NCBI RefSeq assembly: GCF_006345805.1
Contig: NC_043018.1
Location: 27,156,001-27,220,000 of the forward strand
Direction: 5' to 3'
Source: Octopus sinensis
Lineage: Eukaryota
Length of the DNA: 64,000 bases
The notes beneath the pieces are model-generated. The model did no database searches and was not told the DNA's origin. It saw only the letters and a list, made by a program, of their open reading frames with translations. The first letter of the stretch is position 1. Each line of letters opens with the position of its first letter. A program made the translations under genes and the position numbers. Below are positions 58,584 to 64,000 of this stretch, piece by piece.

Positions 58584-60554
58584 CCATTCCTTGCATTTTG
58601 CTATGATATAGTTATGCCATGCAACAACGAACATATTGCACAGCAGAGAAATTGTGCCAAAAGAAGAAAGGCAGAAAATAAATTGCATTTAACTAGATAC
58701 TTGTGGTTATGTGATGCTGTGGCATTCATACTTAAAAATATTAGGTCTGTTTATCATATTTAAAAAAAAATTAAATCAAAATTTATACAACTTTGACTTT
58801 TCACCTGTGGAAAATCCTTTACCTTTTTTTTAGCAAACAAGAAAAGCCACATGTGACAAGGTGAAGAACTTCACTTTCATGGAGCCCTAAAAAAAAAGAA
58901 AGAAATAATCAATTACATATTATCCATGGTTACCCACTATATTATCCATCTGTCTGTCTGTCTGTGTACATGTAGGTATTGCATATAAAAAATTAAAATA
59001 TTTATGTGTGTGTGTGTAAATATACCTGATATTAAAATAGAAATTATTCTTGTATATATATGTATATGTATATATATACACTTTATGTGTGAGTTAACCA
59101 GATTACCGTTGGTTTCATGTAGGAAAATTTTATTGTTTTCATCCATGATGAAAATGAACACCAATGCCCCATGGCAATGAGTTTGAAAATTATTAAGAGA
59201 TAGCTGTCTTGACATGAAACCAGTTAACTCACAAATGAAGAATATCCACCAATGTAGTTTCGAGCATTCATTCCCACTGTTCAATATTAATGTGTGTGTG
59301 TATGTATATATATATATATATATATACTTGCTTTTTTCATAGCGTTTTTCAGATGGCCAGATAACCGAAGAGATGGTGTTGTGGATTTCCACCTTGGCAT
59401 CTGAAACTCAGAGTTTTATCTTGGCTATTGAATAATTGTCACATATTATTTTTCAGATATATATATATAAGCACAAAACTGTCTCAAACCATTCTCTAGT
59501 TTTATGTTCCGATCTCCCTGTTTTAAGGTGACCTAAATTAAAACTTTCCATCTGAATTTCAATTTCTAAATTTGTGTTCCAAACACCAGCTTCTTCGTAA
59601 TTTCCAAAATTAATTTAGAAACAAAGGCAGTGTAATTTCAACAGAAATTTAATAACAAAAATGGGTTATTAAACAGCTGGGTGGGGCGGTGGGGCGGAAC
59701 AACAACAACACAAAACAAAATAAATTATTTCTCAGGAAGAAAGTAACTAAGGTGTTAACAAAGGTGAACTACAATCAGTCAAACATTAAAATAAATAAGT
59801 CGATAAAACAGATGTGTGAGTGAAAGCAGGTGCCTTTTTGCAGCTTGTATTTGTAAGAAGTTTTCAAATTCATTTATGTTTGCTATCTGAGGGATGACGG
59901 CTGGTCCCAATTTTGTTGAATATATAATATATAATGATGAATATGTATATATATACATACACATCATATATATATACACCATAAAGAAATATATATATAT
60001 ACACCATATATATACACACATAATATATATATATATATATATACACATTATATATATGATGTAGTACGAAACGATCGTACCAAATTACCGGAGTCATTCT
60101 TGTTGCTTATTTTGATTATATATGTATATATACATCATATATATATATATATACATCATATATATATAGAGAGAGATATATACATTATATATATATATGC
60201 ACACACACGCACATTATATATATATTTAATATCATGTGGGTGATAAGCTTATAGTGTGCTTTACAAAGCTCTTCCACGGGTATCAGCTATCCTATGTTAC
60301 CTTACAGCAGGGATTCTCCTTTTACTGGATACACATGTGGAAATCCATTAATATCCACAGAATTCATTAAAAAAAAATTATTGTAATGATTTGGATTAAA
60401 GCCTAACACTGCGTCATGCTGAACCTCCCCAAGAACTACGTTAAGGGTACAGGTGTCTGTGGAGTGCTCAGCCACTTGCATGTTAATTTCACGGGCAGGC
60501 TGTTCCATTAATTGGATCAACTGGAACCCTCGTCGGCATAACCAATGGAGTGCC

Positions 60555-60900
60555 ATATATATGTATATATATATATGTGTGTATATATATATATGTATAT
60601 ATATGTATATGTATATATATATGTATGTATATATATATATACATATATGTATGTATATATATATATATGTATGTATATATATATATACATATATGTATTA
60701 TATATATATATACATATATGTATGTATATATATATATATACATATATGTAGTATATATATATATGTATGTATATATATATATACATATATATATATATGT
60801 ATGTATATAATATATACATATATGTATGTATATATATATCTATATATATGTATATATATATATCTATATATATGTATATATATATATATTATGTGCATAT
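60555..60900. repeat. (TA)n/(TATG) microsatellite
   Basis: Direct inspection. Confidence 0.95.
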
Positions 60901-61158
60901 GACTATTAAAACTCAGAAGAATGAAGACATTGCTTTCTGTTTGTCCTCCTGCCTGCTTACCAAATTCTGTAATGCTTGTGTTTTCTTCTCATCCCAATTT
61001 GGTCATTCCCTATCCCATGATTAAAGATCTACCACTTCAAGACATTAACAAATGACATTCATTGGTTTATAATAACCTTGGCCTGATCTGAACCCCTGAC
61101 TTTCGCCCCTTTACTTCCATTTCTAACAATTCCTGGCCATATATATATATATATGTAC

Positions 61159-61208
<50 letters not shown>

Positions 61209-61289
61209 GTAGGTCCCGGGTTGAGTCGGGGTTAACCACAGTAAATAAGGTACTCAATACATAGCAGAGTAAATTAATTTATTTTATAG

Positions 61290-61389
61290 GAGCTTCTACA
61301 GGACTAGAACTGTTTCATTCAAAAGAAATCATCAGGAAGCTTCCTGATGATTTCTTTTGAATGAAACAGTTCTAGTCCTGTAGAAGCTC
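61290..61389. ncRNA. Perfect 100-bp palindrome encoding a type I hammerhead-like motif on both strands (copy 1)
   Basis: Centre AAG|CTT at 61339/61340; + strand AGCUUC-CUGAUGA-UUUC-UUUU-GAAU-GAA-ACAG-UUCUAGUC-CUGU-A/GAAGCU. Confidence 0.7.
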
Positions 61390-61419
61390 TTCTATAAAAT
61401 AAACACACATATATATATA

Positions 61420-61467
<48 letters not shown>

Positions 61468-61546
61468 GTAGGTCCCGGGTTGAGTCGGGGTTACCACAGT
61501 AAATAAGGTACTCAATACATAGCAGAGTAAATTAATTTATTTTATA

Positions 61547-61648
61547 GGAGCTTCTACAGGACTAGAACTGTTTCATTCAAAAGAAATCATCAGGAAGCTT
61601 CCTGATGATTTCTTTTGAATGAAACAGTTCTAGTCCTGTAGAAGCTCC
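61547..61648. ncRNA. Perfect 102-bp palindrome with hammerhead-like motif on both strands (copy 2)
   Basis: Same sequence as copy 1, offset 258 bp; centre 61597/61598. Confidence 0.7.
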
Positions 61649-61661
61649 TTCTATAAAATAA

Positions 61662-61704
<43 letters not shown>

Positions 61705-61956
61705 ATATCTAGCTGATTATTTGTGGTAGATTGTCTGGGGTAATCAAAGAATTAGTAACGGTGAGCTTTGGTTTTGTTTCTTTCTTTAAATTCCAATTCT
61801 GTGGGTTACCATTTTTATCCTTCATTCTAATTTTGTCTCATTTACCCCTTCCACCTCCACCCGCAAATCCCCCCCCACGCTTTGTTTGGATTGGTGGGAG
61901 AGGGCAGATAATCCCTGATGTCGCTTGTAACTCCCATTTTTTCCCGCCACACCCCT

Positions 61957-61988
<32 letters not shown>

Positions 61989-62248
61989 CCTCTCTAGTCA
62001 AATTGTTTTACCCCTCATCTCCCCTCCCATTGATCAAATTTCTATCTCTATTGACACTTTGTCTCATATTGATGAGATAAATGGCAGCTGATTTATTGAT
62101 TGATTGATGATGATGATGATGGTGATGATGAATAAATAAATAAAATTTGTTATTTGTTAGATAACATTTATATCACACCTGGCTTTGTTCTTTTTTATTA
62201 TATGCATTGGATGATATTTTTCCTGTTATAGATAATAATAATCATAAT

Positions 62249-62735
62249 AGGCGCAGGAGTGGCTGTGTGGTAAGTAGCTCGCCTAATAATAATAATGATA
62301 ATAATATTAATAATAATAATAATAGGAGCAGGAGTGGCTGTGTGGTAAGTAGCTTGCTTACCAACCACATGGTTCCGGGTTCAGTCCCATCGCGTGGCAC
62401 CTTGGGCAAGTGTCTTCTACTATAGCCTCGGGCTGACCAAAGCCTTGTGAATGGATTTGGTAGACAGAAACTGAAAGAAGCCCATCGTATATATATATAT
62501 ACATACACATACATATATGCGTGTGTGTATATGTTTGTGTGTCTGTGTCTGTCCCCCCAACATCGCTTGACAACCGATGCTGGTGTGTTTACGTCCTCGT
62601 AACTTAGCGGTTCGGGAAGAGAGACCGATAGTATAAGTACTGGGCTTACAGAGAATAAGTCCTGGGGTCGATTTGCTCGACTAAAAGGCGGTGCTCCGGT
62701 ATGGCCACAGTCAAATGACTGAAACAAATAAGAGA
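62249..62735 (+). mobile_element. SINE family A with duplicated aborted head
   Basis: Head fragment 62249-62285, (AAT)n, then a full copy from 62324. Confidence 0.85.
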
Positions 62736-63054
62736 ATTTTAAAAAATAGTAAAACGAAGAAAATTACATATTTAAAAGTACAGGTTTCCTCAATTGAACG
62801 AATTCACAGCAGAGTGGTGTAAGGGAGGTAACTCCAACTAAACACGCGAATTTTATTTTATTCGTGAACTTAGTTTGAATCGTGACTCTGCAATATTTAT
62901 AAAATGCGTTATTCTTTAAGAAAGGCTTAACAAGTTCTTATTTTCTCTGTTATGCGCTCGGTGACCGATCTCTCTCGCTCTCTAGCGCTATATTTTAGTG
63001 TTTTTGCTTGATAAATTAAGTACGAGGAATAGGACTGTATCCGTAAGAGTGCGT

Positions 63055-63625
63055 GATATATATATAGATATATATATATATATATATACACACACATATA
63101 TATATGTGTGTATATGTATATATATATAAATATACATATATATATACATACATACATATATAAATATATACATACATATATATATATATATATAAATATA
63201 TACATACATACATATATATATGTGTATATATATATGTATATATACATACATATATATTTATACATACATACATATATATGTATATATATATATATATACA
63301 TACATATAAATATATATATATTTATATATGTATGTGTGTGTCTATATATATATACATACATCTATATCTATATATACATACATATATATATATGTATGTG
63401 TGTGTATATATATATCTGTATACATACATCTATCTATCTATATATATATATATATATATACACACACATATATATACATACACACACACACACACATATA
63501 TATGTATATGTATATATACATACATATATATTAGGGAGTATATATATACATAAATATATATGTATATTTATGTATATATACATATATATGTATGTATGTG
63601 TGTGTGTGTCTGTGTGTGTATCTAT
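63055..63625. repeat. Long (TA)n/(CA)n compound microsatellite
   Basis: Direct inspection. Confidence 0.95.
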
Positions 63626-64000
63626 GTGTATGTATCTTTTTGTCCGCGTTTGTCCCTCACTACTGCATGACAACCAATGTTGGTGAGTTTACGTCTCCGT
63701 ACCTTAGCGGTTCAGCAAAATAGACCGATAGACCGATACCAGGCTTATATAAAAAAAATGCACTGGGGTTGATTAGATGGACTAAAATTATTCAGAGTTG
63801 TGCCCCAGCATGGCCTCAATCGAATGACAGAAACAAAAAACAATAAAAGAACAAAAGACAGTTATTAAATAAAAAAAAAAGTAAATATGAGAGCTAGTAA
63901 TTGTTTAAAAAATAAATATAAGGTACAATTGCAGCGTGGAAGCTATTTAAGAAACACACAAAAGCCGTTCGATTCACTTCAACATTTGAGTTTAATTTGT

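Larger units (their letters stand above)
61209..61670. mobile_element. Tandem pair of approx. 200-bp hairpin elements in (TA)n
   Basis: Two near-identical units starting gtaggtcccgggttgagtcgggg, separated and flanked by TA tracts; they differ by two 1-nt indels. Confidence 0.7.

Noticed and set aside
643-63686. Numerous [12 protein letters not shown] ORFs
   Set aside because: Translations of (TA)n, (TG)n and (CA)n microsatellites, open in several frames, no splice or homology support

Overview
AT-rich, microsatellite- and SINE-dense eukaryotic DNA; the repeat content suggests a coleoid cephalopod such as Octopus (inference). One intact protein-coding gene is supported: an 11-coding-exon SLC7 heteromeric amino acid transporter light chain (LAT/y+LAT-like) on the + strand, 7483-50090. 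I assembled it by hand: 1467 nt, 488 aa, GT-AG introns with consistent phases. The rest is interspersed repeat: at least five tRNA-headed SINE families, an RTE-tail non-autonomous element with an internal VNTR, two RTE LINE relics, an R4/Dong-like relic, Tc1/mariner relics, several MITE families and a Penelope-like (GIY-YIG) relic. The most unusual signal is a set of about ten type I hammerhead-ribozyme-like motifs, several in short elements inserted into (TA)n tracts. These include an intact core with a 61-nt structured stem II extension (29.9 kb), a tandem pair of perfect 100-bp palindromes carrying a hammerhead on both strands (61.3-61.6 kb), and two homologous elements whose palindromic helix III shows compensatory changes. 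Repeat boundaries and counts were read by eye and are approximate; no searches or folding programs were run.
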